This document shows positions 52,142-64,000 of a stretch of DNA of 64,000 nt, one piece after another (the stretch's first letter is position 1; each line of letters begins with the position of its first letter). Source of the DNA: Camelus ferus (lineage: Eukaryota); assembly GCF_009834535.1 (NCBI RefSeq), contig NC_045697.1, positions 88,166,001 to 88,230,000 of the forward strand. The letters are read 5' to 3'. The notes under the pieces were generated by a model, which was given only the letters and a program-made list of their open reading frames with translations, was not told the origin of the DNA and ran no database searches. A program made the position numbers and the translations under genes.

Positions 52142-52303
52142 GGAGTGGAGGATATAGCTCAGTGGTAGAGTCCGTGCTTAGCATGCATGAGGTCCTGAAT
52201 TCAATCCCCAGCACCTCTGTTAAATAAAAAAGAAAAATAAGTAATAAATAAACCTAATTTTCTCCCCCCCCAAAAAAGGAAAAAATTTTAAAATGCTTTT
52301 AAA
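52142..52303 (+). mobile_element. tRNA-Ala-derived SINE (camelid Vic-1-like)
   Basis: Head close to tRNA-Ala(AGC) (tatagctcagtggtagagtccgtgcttagcatgcatgaggtcctg), linker and A-rich tail. TSD core tgacattgtt at 52132-52141 and 52310-52319. Confidence 0.92.
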
Positions 52304-52549
52304 AAGAAGTGACATTGTTAACATTTACAAATACAAAACCTCTCTACAAAAAAGGAAACCAGAAAAAAAAATGTAACTTGGAATGTTGAAGAAGGGTTCT
52401 CACATTTTTTCATGTACCTGTTATTGTGTATTTGTTCTTGTGTTCCTCGTGTAATTATTTTAAATATAAAACAACAAGCGCACAAGCATTTTATTTTTAC
52501 TAGGTATGAACCAACATCTTTTCACCATCTCATCTACTTGAGTTATACG

Positions 52550-53535
52550 ATCTAACGCTGGGTCAAAACAAATCTAATGTATCTTCTAAATGGCCATCCT
52601 TCAGATATTAGATGAACATAATTATAATGTCATTCTTGAGTTTCCCTTTGTCCAAACCAAATATTCTTAATCTCTTCAGTCATGGCTAAAGTGGATGGTA
52701 TTGAATTGCTTCACTCACGATGGCTTCTCTGAATGTAGCAGCTTTGTCTCTTGAACCACAGGGCAAACTCAAATGTCAAGTGTGGTTTTTTTGTCTGGGG
52801 CAGAATAAATCAGGAGTGTCCCTCTTCTAATTACAGGTATAACGTTTCCACTAATGAAGACTAATCACGCGTTTACTTTTTAAAGCAACTCAGTCATGCA
52901 GTTTGTGCATACAAAGCTTCCTAGTTTTGCCTTCAAGTTCATTTTCTTGGTGCTGCTAATTAGCTGTGCCTTTTCTTGTATTTGTCTTTATGAAGAGAGT
53001 GTGCTTTTCTGTTTTCCTTCAGCTGTTTAGTGAAGATTCACTGCTGCCTCTTATCTACTTTTGAAGAAGCCTGAAGGCCAAGTTTCTTATAATCAGGATT
53101 GGCCTGGCCATCCCCTCTGAAGACTGTGCTTTGATGTTTTGCTTGCTCCTTTGAAGTCCGTATTTGTGTCTGGGTCAGTTCTGATGTCTCCATGGATATC
53201 AAGTTAGGTTCTAGACCCCTGAACTTGTCCCCTGCTTCATATTTTTGTGTGACTGATCTGCACTGCACTCAAAACCAACTAAGCTATGACTTACACATTA
53301 AGTACTTGTGTAATTGGATTTTTGGCTTATTAATACAGGACCTTCTATTTATCCCTTTTAAATTTCAATTTTTGTGTTAAATGCTTACAGTTGGTAGAGT
53401 TTCTTATTCTTCGTAATTTCCAACATTGTATCAGGCCTGTACCTGATAAAATTTTCAATATATGCATGTCCTAATTACTGGCATGAACACTGAGCAAAGC
53501 AAGGCCAAGGACAGAGCCCAATAGCACACCCATCA
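52550..53535 (-). mobile_element. L3/CR1 LINE fragments
   Basis: ccttcagatatt...tccaaaccaaatattcttaatctcttca, caggaccttctatttatccctttta, gcaaggccaaggacagagccc...gcacacc. Confidence 0.6.
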
Positions 53536-54169
53536 GCTTCCAAAACTGAATGGAAACTTCAAGACCTAGATTTACCCATTTTATGGTAATATTCTGCTTC
53601 TTTAAATTCTAAATTAATGATTAAAAAATGGATATAGATTTTCAATGGAATTTTCCCAACTGTTTGTAAAAGAACTGATTGAAACTTTGCACTTAACCTG
53701 AATCAGAGAAATTCTGTCAGCTGGTAAAAAAAAAAAAAAAAATCAGCATATTAATTTTCTTTTTTTAAACTCACCAGTTATTTTAATATTGCATAGATGT
53801 AGCTAGGTTTACTTTATATGGAGTGCGTAATATGATTTATTATTTACATGTTTTATTCTGTTTAATCCTCACAAAAACTTACAATGAAGCAAATAACTCA
53901 GTGAGGTAAAGGAATTTATCTAAAGTTACGCAACTTGTGAGGGAAAAACTGGGGGTTGAGGTAGGCTGACACTGGAACAGTCACGATTAATGACTAAACC
54001 ATGGGCCCTTTTAGACACGTTATGTCTGTTAATCTTTAGAACAGTTAATGTGGGATTTTGTTATTAGTTTTGCTTTTTCAACATTTAAGAGACTTTCTCT
54101 GTTGGAAGAATCCTCACCTTCTGAGACTTAATGAGGATGTGGTAGCGTTCTAGGTCGGAGGATCTTAAC

Positions 54170-54797
54170 AAAATAGAAGCTCTCTTTCCAGCCTTCCCTG
54201 AGCGCACCTCCCCGGCCAACCTCCCCCGAACTTCCCTCCTGACATCCAGCCTCACCAGAGCCTGACTGAGGATGGGAGCTCTGTCCCTCCTTCCCTGGGA
54301 TGGTAGCAGTAACAGTGGCTGCTGATGACACTGACAGGGGCATAGGTGGAAGCTGAATGTAAGTTACAATGGCATAGATTCACACGGTTAGAGTAGAGTT
54401 CTGGCAGCAGTGGGAACGGTATCGTCAGCATGATTTTGAGCATTGCTTCTGGCTACTTAGCCTTGAGTCTGGTATTCCAGCACCCCCAATATTTATGTGA
54501 GTTACCCAATATTATTTTAACAACGTCAAGACTCAGTTTAGAGTGTTAAAGAGCACAGGCCCAGATCTGCCACTGCCTAGTTGTATGTGACCTTGGGTAA
54601 ATAACTTAATCCCTGTGTGCTTCAGTTTCCTCGCCTGTGACAGGGAATAATAGAAACGTGGGGATTCAATGATTGTAGTCTTTTGAAGACTCTGTAACAA
54701 GTAGAAGGCACTCCATAATTGTCCACTCTATTATTAGCCTATTTTTCTCATTAATCAGGTGAAGTCTGTTTCTTACAACTAAGCACCATAACTGATC
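54170..54797 (+). mobile_element. ERVL LTR33-like LTR interrupted by a MIR
   Basis: gattttgagcattgcttctggctacttagccttgagtctgg...gtgagttacccaatatt, resuming after the MIR as ttttctcattaatcagg...caactaagcaccataactgat. Confidence 0.6.
54530..54740 (+). mobile_element. MIR SINE
   Basis: gtgttaaagagcacaggc...tgtgaccttgggtaaataacttaatccctgtgtgcttcagtttcctcgcctgt. Confidence 0.85.
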
Positions 54798-56319
54798 ATT
54801 ATTAATATTTCTGGCTTAATGAGCATACCGGCTCAGATGAGTTACTTAAAGTTGTAAGTTTATTAAAAAATAAATGCAAGAATTTTAGAATAAAATTTAG
54901 ATCTACCTGAACTCAAAACTTAGTTCAGTTCTTTGCAATTTCCTGCTTAATAGAGGATGGCTTAAAAAATCCTTATACCAAGCAAATGGAAATGTCCTCA
55001 TTCAAATGCAGTTGACTGAGAAAGAGAAAAGAGTTTGACTAAAAATTTTTTCTTTAACTCTATTTATTATTATATATAGGAGACCTTCTACCAGATTGAA
55101 AATCCAGTCCTCAATTAAACCACAAGAAAAATGTGCCTGTGTATATAAGATATAGCATGAACTCAATAACTTAATAATTCTGTTTATTAAAACTGTCCTA
55201 AAGTTAATCCTATTATAGTTATCTAGTGCCCTGGAAGCAGACAAGATTACTAAAACAGAATGTATGTAGGGTTTTCTTTTTACAATTTTTTTCCTCCCAT
55301 CTCATTTTCTTGGCTTCAGAATTCAGTAAACTGGAAAGCTCTACTTTATTTCTGATACTAAATGTGGTAAGGTTAGCAGAAACTCTTGATATAAGGGCTT
55401 ATCTTTCTCCCTTACACTCACCAGGCAGAATTTCATCTCTCTTGCTGTAGCTGCAAATAAAAATGTGTGTTGCAAACAAGACAGTCAAGCATTTCACATT
55501 TGAGCTCAGCTTCTTTTGCCATGCTGGAAAACGCTTCATACTTTCATCAAGAAAATCATCAGAAAAAGGGCAATCATTTTCAACCTGATGGTTTCCTTTG
55601 TATAGGCCCAACCTCAAATGAATATACTTATCTCTTTAAAATGATGCTATAATTTATTTCCTGTCTCCAAAGCTAAATGTGATGATTTGATAGGACACCT
55701 AGGAAATAGCTTTAGATAGTACACATTATAATTGCCTCATTTACCTACTTATATGCAGAGCCAATCATTAGCATCATACACCAAATGTTTTAAAAATTAT
55801 TTCTTTTAGAAATTGGAATGTAGTTCTATTTTCTGTTCTAAGTTCACATTTTAACTTCAACAGAATACCAAAATATGTTTCCGTTTCTATCTAATTGTGT
55901 GTAAATATAAATGTTTTAAATGGGTCTGCATATTATTATTTGCAATTTCTCCATGTCATGGGGTATTATTTTCCACTTATTCTCATAATCACCAGTAAGG
56001 CATACATTTGATGATCAAGGTCATAAATTCTAGCTTATTAAGCCAAGCCAATATAAATTATTTAAGATATTAATTTTGGTTAAGGAACTGCATTTGTGCA
56101 ATATTTAAGTTATATTCCTTAAAAAGAATCTATTGTCTCTTTTATGACCTTGAAGAATAACTTTGTTGTTTGCAGTGTGTTTAAAAATATATAAAGCGCT
56201 TTTACATTGATTTTCTCATTTAATTCTAGCAACTGTATAAACTGTATATAGAGGGTTTTATTGTTACATTATCAGTTGGGAGGATTCTGAGATGAGAGGT
56301 TAAGTTGTATTCCATTACA

Positions 56320-56595
56320 GGAGGGGAGGGTGGGAGACGGGGGCGGAAGGAGACGGGCAGTAAATGGTAGAGTCGGGCAGAATCCATTAGCCTTAAACGC
56401 GGATCCAGTGTCCTTCTTATTACAGCCTTTCCTCTCATTCTCTCACTGAGTTCATGGGAGAGTTTGAAAGTGAAATAAGTTGATTTATCTCAGGAAACTT
56501 CCTCTGGTTCCTAGCCTTACAGCAGAATACGCAATGCTATGTTTCAAGACCCACAGGAGACAAACCTTTATTCCTGGAACCAAATATAAGGGCGC

Positions 56596-56650
<55 letters not shown>

Positions 56651-56760
56651 CTTTACCCCCACCTTTTGTCATTGGGCCTGACAGGATGGAAGACAGTCCC
56701 CAGTGCTGGCACCATGTACCTGTTCCCTATCTGGTTGTTAAATGAAAAAGTGACGCCTGG
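56320..56760. promoter_or_regulatory. Candidate enhancer/promoter: CpG-enriched motif cluster
   Basis: G4 motif 56323-56343, GC box/ETS gggcggaag, IRF-type GAAAGTGAAA 56466-56475, NF-kB/ETS-like GGAAACTTCC 56493-56502, GAS TTCCTGGAA 56571-56579, TATA-like tataag 56585-56590. Confidence 0.45.
56592..56651. repeat. (GC)n-(GT)n-(GC)n compound microsatellite, Z-DNA-prone
   Basis: 60 bp of strict purine/pyrimidine alternation with CG repeats at both ends. Confidence 0.95.
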
Positions 56761-57605
56761 ACCCGCTTGTGATCTCCTGGATAGGATACTTGACTAAGAT
56801 CCAGGATGTTTGCCAGAGGCTCAAGGAACCCTCTGGAGTTCTGTGTCACGACGAAATTCTAACTCTCTGAGTGGAAATTTGCTCACACATAAATGAAGGG
56901 CTTGACAGAGACTTTTACGTGTGTTCTGATGATGGTAATTGTTGTGTAGGAGTTACGGAGTCCTAGCCAGGGTCTCATTTTACCGCAGAGGTTGACCACT
57001 CTTTTACCCTTCATTGATCAGAGAGTTTTGTTTGTTTGTTTGTTTTCATGTCATGGCCTTCCTGCCTCACCTCAGCAGTGTGGAGATCACTTTGGTGAGC
57101 AGTGTTCCTGTGTTTGTGGAGTACCAGAAACGTAAAAGATTCCCATCTGTTTAGATCCGCTCTTACTACTTCTATAAACGGAACGCTGCAGGCTAACTTG
57201 TATGGCTGGATTTACCTGACTCAGTGAAATAGTTTCTGCACAGAAAACTGATAGTTTATTGAAAGGTGGTATTTTAAAAGTGAACTTACCGATCTTGGCA
57301 CTGCTTTCACGTTAAAATACACGCACACACACACAACAAAACAATTCTTTCCGTCGACTTAATTTTTGGATGAGTGTTAGAATTTTTTGCCATGTTTAAG
57401 AAACGTCCACATTAATGCTTATAGCATAAAAATGTCAGAGAGAATTGTTTTCTTAGGCCTTTGAGGTATGAAGTTGCTTCTGTGTTTTGAATGGCTTAAG
57501 TATATGGACTGAGCCCAGGAGCTGAGGAGTTGACTAGGATTTCAAGTTTAACTTTATAAAGAATCTGCTGCTCTGTTGCATAGCAGGTAGATGTAGAGAT
57601 AATAG

Positions 57606-58092
57606 TGTTGAGTGAAATAAATGCACAACCTTAAAGTTCAGAGTTACGTTTTATTCGGTGGACAATTCTGAGGACTCAGCCCGGGATGACAGCCTCTCAG
57701 ATCGCTCTGAGGGATTCTCTGAAGAGGGAGGGGAAGAGCTAGGATATATAGGAGCTTTACAACAAAGACCAGGTAGTTGGAACAATAAAAGATTACTTGT
57801 TAACTAAAGAAAACCAGATATCTCAAATTAAAGAGTTTAGTGCTTTTCTATGTATGGGAGGAAGCAAGCATTTGGGCTCATTGAATTCATTCCTTTGACA
57901 AGCACCTAGCTATCTAGGGCCAGTATCCTGTCCTTTCTTATTCTGAGTCCCCTCAGAGTGCAACACTGTGAGTGGCTGCAGAGGCTGGGCTGCAGGCTTG
58001 TCTTCACTGGGGGGGTGGCGGCAGCCACTGATGACTCGATGGCTTCAGCATTCTTTGTTTACTGATACGGTTTGCAGTATCTTTTGTTCACA
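57606..58092 (-). mobile_element. ERV1-class solo LTR, relatively young
   Basis: TG...CA termini and a perfect 4-bp TSD ATAG (57602-57605, 58093-58096). On the minus strand, TATATA at 57745-57750 lies upstream of AATAAA at 57650-57655. Confidence 0.9.
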
Positions 58093-60678
58093 ATAGGGAC
58101 AGATTTCTTATTCCTGGGAACAGTGGTTTGCTTTACATGTCTCTTTATCCATATAAACCTACCAGGATTATATATCCTCAGCCTATTTCCTTCTGGTTCA
58201 AAAGTGAATCTTTATATAACAAACATAAAATACCACATTTTAAGTTATATTGGTATTTCCTTTCCACAAAATCTTCGGAAACAAAATGTATACACCTTTT
58301 TCAGAATAAAAACAGGGACTCAGAAGTTGTTTCCCTCCTTAAGAAGGGAAATAGCTTATAGTCAACAAATTGTCTCAATAGCTAGATTTATGGCAACCAA
58401 GGACAAAAAGATAAGGAACTTCTAATGACATATAGAACTCATATGTATCTATTATGAAATACTATTAAACTCATTTATGCTTATTTGAAAGTTTGTTTTA
58501 AATGATTACCTAAAGTCATGAAATGATAGCAGCTGTCTAATAGGAAAATTAGTGATGATTTATATATTGATTCTGGTTGGAATATAGAAATCAACAACTA
58601 TTAGTAGTACATTAATTATGTATAAAACATTGTAAGCTATAAAAGACCCGAAGAAAAATAAGAAATCATTAATAACCTTAAGAAGTATACAGCCTAATTT
58701 TAGAGATAACACAGGAAAAGTCAGATAACACCATACAATCATTAGATAAACGATGTCATGAGAAAGTTAATGAGTACTGTCTGATTTAATTGTATATGTA
58801 ACAGGAGCTGAGTTCATTCATTGGGGCTGAATGGAACTAGGGATTCTTAGGAAAAAGTGATTTGATCTGCATCTTGAGGGGTGGGGAGAATTTGAATAGA
58901 AAAAGAGAAGAACCATGGCAATCGTAGCTATACCATTAGAGCTTCTAGAGCACAGAGGTGCTTTTACATAGTAACTTGACGAGATATTATGACAAGTGAT
59001 CTTATTCATATTTTAAATGAAGAAAATAGAATTATAAGAACTGAAACTCATATTCTGGTCTTTTGATTTACAGTCTTCTGTTCTTACCTCTACTTTTCTG
59101 GAATCTTGAATATGTATTCGTTCTTAATTCTACTATTATTTCGTTTTGTTTTAGTTTTGTTTGGGAAGGGATTAGAGAATTAGTGTTTGAATAGCTAACA
59201 CTTATTCTGCATTATCTTTTTAATATAGATGACTGTGGTATTGTTATTTTTATTTAACGGAAGAGGAAGCTGAAGCCAAAGAAATTAAGGATCAAAATCA
59301 GGAATGTAGGAAACTGCAAGGCATTAGACTGTGAATTTTGTCTTAAACAGTTTTATAGAAGGAAAAACTTCCAGAAAAGTTGATTGTACAGCTTCTCTTT
59401 CACAAATGGCTAATTGTTATCCTTTTGACCTCAAAGAGTTCATGAACCTTTATAAATCCCTAACATACGTGCAGGAACTAATGTAACTAACTAGGAACTC
59501 TAATTGCTATTATTATTTAGAAATCAATAAGTAGTTTTTAAGTGCTAGCCTTGTGCCAGATGTCAAGCTCATTGCTGTCCCATCATCAAGAAAATCAAGT
59601 TGAATAATTTTTATAATTATTTATCCATATGTTTTGTAATTACTCGGGAATTTTCGTTTCCAAGTAATTAGCTATGCAGTAGAAGAAAAAAATTTTAAAA
59701 TAACAAACAATTCTCTCTTACATCATCTAGGAATTCTAAAGGTCAGATTGCTAGTTGAGTGTCTGCCTTTCTCCTGGAAAACACAGTGGGTCCCGGAGGA
59801 GGATGTGTTAGCGGCTATTGTATACATCTACAGAAAAATACAGGAAAGGCATTTTATGAAATCAATAGCTGGACTCCTTGAAAACCCTAATGAGGGACTA
59901 ATGAAATTTCCAGGCCTCTCCTCAATCAAAAGAAACAAGGGAAGTGTCACTTTGACATCAAAAACCAGCTTCTACATCCTTGAAGTAGTTTTCTTAAAAA
60001 AGAACCCAAAGCAGGAAGTGGAGGAGAAGCTGAGGAGATGGATAACAAAGTTTCTGCAGTATGAGGTGATCAATTTTAACCCTTCCAGGTATTTATGATG
60101 CCAGAATTTCATAGCATATTATTTTCCGGATGCTAAGACTTCCATAATGTACCTTTATAATTTCACTTTAAATAATTCATTCATGCTCTAAATTTTCTGT
60201 TTCAAACCAACCATTTCTTTCTTTCTCTAATAGAAAACACATTTTCTTCTGTTTGTGGCCACTTCTGCATAGCAATGAACGTTTTCTTCATACGTTTATT
60301 TAATCACACGATAGAAAAAGCCCAGTACAAAGTGGACAAGCCGATGAGAACGGCTCTCGTGTCTAAGGATCTTTTTGATCCTCCACTTTTTTTAAGCAGC
60401 ACAGATTTTGGTACACAGCACCTCAGCTTTCATCCTTTACACCTAACAGGCAAAAAAATAAGAATAGTGTCTCCTTTTGTGGGGTTGTATCAGAATTAGG
60501 GGGCAGTATGTACACACGCCAACTTGAAAGAGAACTTTTCAATAAAGAATCTTTTATAGTAGGTGTTTCATCTCCCTTTGTGGAAGAGATATGGGTGTGA
60601 ATAGGAACGTTCCAACAGTCTAAACAGGTTCCTTCCTCTGGATGTTTCAGCAACGCTTCCTGAACTATTTGCCTACAG

Positions 60679-62076
60679 CAGCAGCTCTCAAACGTACTGG
60701 TCTCAGGACCTTTTTAATACTCGTAAAAATTATTGAGGATCCCCCAAAAGCTTTTGTGTATGTAGATTATATCTGTCAGTAATTAGCATATTATAAATTA
60801 AAAGAGAAATATTCATTAAAAATAACATTCTATAGGTGAATATAAATGACATTGTTTTGTGGAAACTATATTTTCCAAAACAAAGAATAATAATAGCAAG
60901 AATAGGTGCCTTTACACTCTTACATGTTTTTATGTGTTTATAAATCTTTTTAAACACCTATTTTTATGGAGGACAGCTAGTTTCTTGTATCTGCTTCTGT
61001 ATTTCATCTATTGAGAAATAGATTTGTTTGAAATATATGAAGAAAATATGATTCCATACAGATTTTCAGTTGGCAAAATAAATCATATTTTAGCAGTCTT
61101 TTAAGATAATTGCATACAGTCTTCTCTGCTACCTGACCAATACTTGACAAGTGGTAGTTTTTCAAAGGTTAGCTGCACTGTGACATCTGATACTATATCA
61201 GTCAACTTCTTGAACTCTGTTACGTTAAAATCCGTTAGTTTAACTTGTACTTTGAATGACTATTTTATCATGTGTGATTTTGTAAAATTACACATTGTTC
61301 ATATGAAAAATTTACTGAGTTACACAGATCTGCCTGATGTTGACATATTTCATTATATAATATAAAAAGTTCTTAATATTATCACCAACCTATCAGAAAA
61401 GTCTTTCAGTGTCAGAAGCTTGTGGTGCTCATAGTGTGAATACAAGTTTTCCAAAATTCTAATTTTTACTTGATAGCTTGAATTTTTTCACTTGCAACAA
61501 ATGCTATCAGTGTTTTCTTTGCAGTGACAGACTCCATTCATTTTTGAGAAAATATCTGCCAGATATAGATATGTATGTCTAAATAATCGTTGTTTGTCAG
61601 CTCAGTTGTTCATTCTAGAAAAACGGTGTTCCATGAAAAAACAGCTAGTTCAGCCTGCAACTCAAGCGATTACACTAATGCTTTTACTTGTCCCAACTGT
61701 TTACTTGTATGCTTCCAACAGAAGTGTGCTCTATGCATATTCCAGTTTTATCCACAAATATTTTAAAAAATCACATGTTCTCTTGGATGAAGATTTAATA
61801 AAAATTAACCCTACTTACTGTTTCATCAAGGACATCCTTAAGTGAAACCAGCATTGTTAAAACTTGGGATTGTGTGGTGATGAAGAATACAATGGTACAG
61901 AACAAGTGGATGGCACTGCCTTGCTTCAGCCTAGCAGGGCACAGCATTTCACTCATCATTGCTTTTGCACCAGTGGACATGTCAACACAGTAGAATAGGA
62001 AAATAATGTCATCATACTATTATGAAAATAGTTTTGAAGCCACTCTTGAAAGTCTCAGGAGACCCTAGATTTATGG
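60679..62076 (-). mobile_element. Charlie1a-like hAT DNA transposon
   Basis: cagcagctctcaaa...tggtctcaggacc...aaaaattattgaggatccccc terminus. Internal cttgacaagtggtagttt, catcaaggacatccttaagtgaaac and cattgcttttgcacca motifs. No intact transposase ORF. Confidence 0.85.
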
Positions 62077-62569
62077 CATAAAAAAATTATAACCTCGAAC
62101 CTTATCATTCTATGTTCATTCAAGGAAGGGTGTGAATTATACATGAGTTAGATGTTTTCTATTTATACCTACACATAGATATATAATACCCACGTCAATA
62201 ATAACTCACAAAACTGCATAGCAATTGAAAATTTTATGAGCCTAAATGCAGCTAGCCTTACTTAAGTTTGAATATATCTATTCATTATTTTATTACAATA
62301 ATTTTCATCTATAAGTAATACTTCCTGAGTTTTTCTCCATAGATTACCAAAATACAGAGCAAGGAGCTGTTTTTTAAGATACCCATGGTTGTTCACATTA
62401 GAGAGCTAAATAAAATGTTATTCACTACTAATTAAACATAAGTGCTTTAGATACTAACTGAATATCTGGAAGAGCTAAATAATTCCATATAATGACATTC
62501 TATTTATTTTTTAGTTGTCAGTGAGGACTAGGTTGTCCTCACTATGAGATTGTTTCATAATCTCATTTT

Positions 62570-62825
62570 AATCATTCACTAAACAACTTTTTAAGACCGT
62601 GAGCTGGTTGAAGGGAGCATGGTTAGCAGACAAAGATAAGGTACAACCTCTGTTTACTGCCATGCAGTGTTGGATATAACTTAGAGTGGTAGGTGCTATA
62701 ATGAAACTAAAATACAAGGAGCTAGGGAAGTACAGAAGTAGAGGAACTAACTCAACTCTGCTTGGGGAATCAGAGATAGCTGTGTAGAAAAGGATTAACT
62801 TGGAGTTGATTCTTAAAAGACAAGT
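62570..62825 (-). mobile_element. L2 fragment
   Basis: tcattcactaaacaac...ctaactcaactctgcttggggaatcagagatagc...ggagttgattcttaaaaga. Confidence 0.6.
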
Positions 62826-62834
62826 AATTAAAAT

Positions 62835-63090
62835 AATAATAACTACCATTCCACATCTGTGCTAGGCCCTGTTCCAAGTAGCCTACACTTATGTATAGAC
62901 TTAGTCCTCATTAATAACCCAATGAGTAAGAGCAGTTATCACCCTGGTTTTACAGATGATGAGTCTAAGTCACAAGTGGTTAAAAAAAAACCTGCCTACG
63001 GTCAAACAGTAAACGAATATTTGAAACCATATTTGAACCCAAGAAGTCCAGCTTCAGAGTTTGTGCTTTTGATCACTATGCTGTTCTGCA
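62835..63090 (-). mobile_element. MIR SINE
   Basis: aataataactaccatt...gtcctcattaataacccaatgag...ttttacagatgatgagtctaag...atttgaacccaag. Confidence 0.85.
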
Positions 63091-63744
63091 GTCTCAAACT
63101 ACATGGACTGTCTACTCAGTACTGGGACCTGTGTTTTCTACGTTAGCATTCATTGTGCGTGCAGGAGGAAAGGGCATGCTAGGCAAGAGGGATGCAGAGT
63201 CTGCTAAGAGGGTGCCATATCCTGCTCTATTTTCACTCTGAAGTAGGAAACAAGGCCGTCTTCCTTGGGAGATGGAGGTGGGGTGATGACTGATGCTGGA
63301 CTTGTGTAGATTAAAGACTGAGAGTAGTCACAGCACCACAAGCAGAAAGGAAATAGCTACTTATACATTTACATTTTTAGTGGTCCAGGTCTACTTGCTG
63401 AATTTTTTTTCCCCAGTAGATCTCAGAAACTGAGATATTAAGAAAATACTTGGATTGATCCAAGGTTAGCAATAAAACTGGGTTTTAGGATATTTTGAAG
63501 GAGTGGCTAAAATCATGGACTTTGGGGTTTCGACTGGATAGATGAAGTCCCGACTGAGAAAACGCAGAGCTCTGCTGTTTTGTTTCTGACTTTTCTACCT
63601 ATGAGAAGGACAGGGAGTCTGGAAATAGCAAAATACCACTGAAACCCAAGATAAATGGGAAGATTTTTATGAGCACATGGAGTTTCCAAAAGAATATACG
63701 TTGCCTGTTCCAGAAGAGAAAACGAAATTAGAATCTCATTGCCT

Positions 63745-63965
63745 GTGTTGAAGTGGCAGTTTTTGTGATGGTAAGCAAATTACTTAAGCTTTGTACCTGC
63801 ATTTTCCTATCTATAAAGTGAGGATGATAGTTGTAATTTACCTCAGAGTGTTATTATTAGAATTAATTGAGTTAAATCATGAAATGCACAGATCTATGCT
63901 TGCCCAGAATAAGAACTTTGTAAGTGCCCACTGTTACTACTAATATTTATATTGTTACTATTATT
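63745..63965 (+). mobile_element. MIR SINE
   Basis: gcaaattacttaagctttgtacctgcattttcctatctataaagtgaggatgatag...tacctcagagtgttatt. Confidence 0.82.
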
Positions 63966-64000
63966 GTAAACTAAAGGAATAAAGATACAGAATTGCTGGT

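Noticed and set aside
52142..52218. Apparent tRNA-Ala(AGC) gene (also at 17813 and 41486)
   Set aside because: Each has the shared SINE linker and an A-rich tail, two have TSDs, and the stems carry mismatches. They are SINE heads, not tRNA genes.
56580..56591. CArG (SRF) box
   Set aside because: ccaaatataagg has eight A/T bases between CC and GG, not the required six.
59748..60098. 116-aa ORF with a protein-like composition
   Set aside because: Non-ATG start, no recognisable domain and no convincing exon boundaries.
60679..62076. Possible domesticated transposase in the Charlie1 or Zaphod elements
   Set aside because: Only short interrupted frames remain, consistent with neutral decay.
1..64000. 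Inferring host-gene strand from repeat orientation
   Set aside because: Most L1 and the young SINEs are on the plus strand while the younger LTRs are on the minus strand. The signals conflict and the counts are small.
1..64000. CRISPR array, operon or other prokaryotic system
   Set aside because: There is no repeat-spacer array or dense coding sequence, and the repeat content is clearly mammalian.

Overview
This is AT-rich, CpG-depleted eutherian genomic DNA, either intergenic or deep intronic. I found no protein-coding gene. The ORFs in the track are short, lack recognisable domains, and many overlap repeats. Three tRNA-Ala-derived SINEs of the camelid (Vic-1-like) type, with no Alu, B1, Bov or PRE elements seen, suggest a camelid genome (inference). 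Most identifiable sequence is transposon fossil record: MIR, L2, L3/CR1, L1, MaLR/ERVL/ERV1 LTRs, and hAT and Tigger DNA elements, several with readable target-site duplications (TSDs). Repeat family names come from memory of consensus sequences, were not searched, and boundaries without a TSD are approximate. The most notable items are: (1) an ancient L1 with both ends and a TSD but lacking the RT region; (2) a regulatory cluster at 56.3-56.8 kb (G4, Sp1/ETS, IRF, NF-kB-like, GAS, 60-bp Z-DNA tract) about 850 bp from a young solo LTR; (3) a minus-strand CCAAT-GC-TATA-Inr promoter candidate plus candidate non-coding exons; (4) a ~240-bp imperfect palindrome; (5) a 9-nt microexon-like signal and a recursive-splice-like signal. 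None of these establishes a new biological system from sequence alone.
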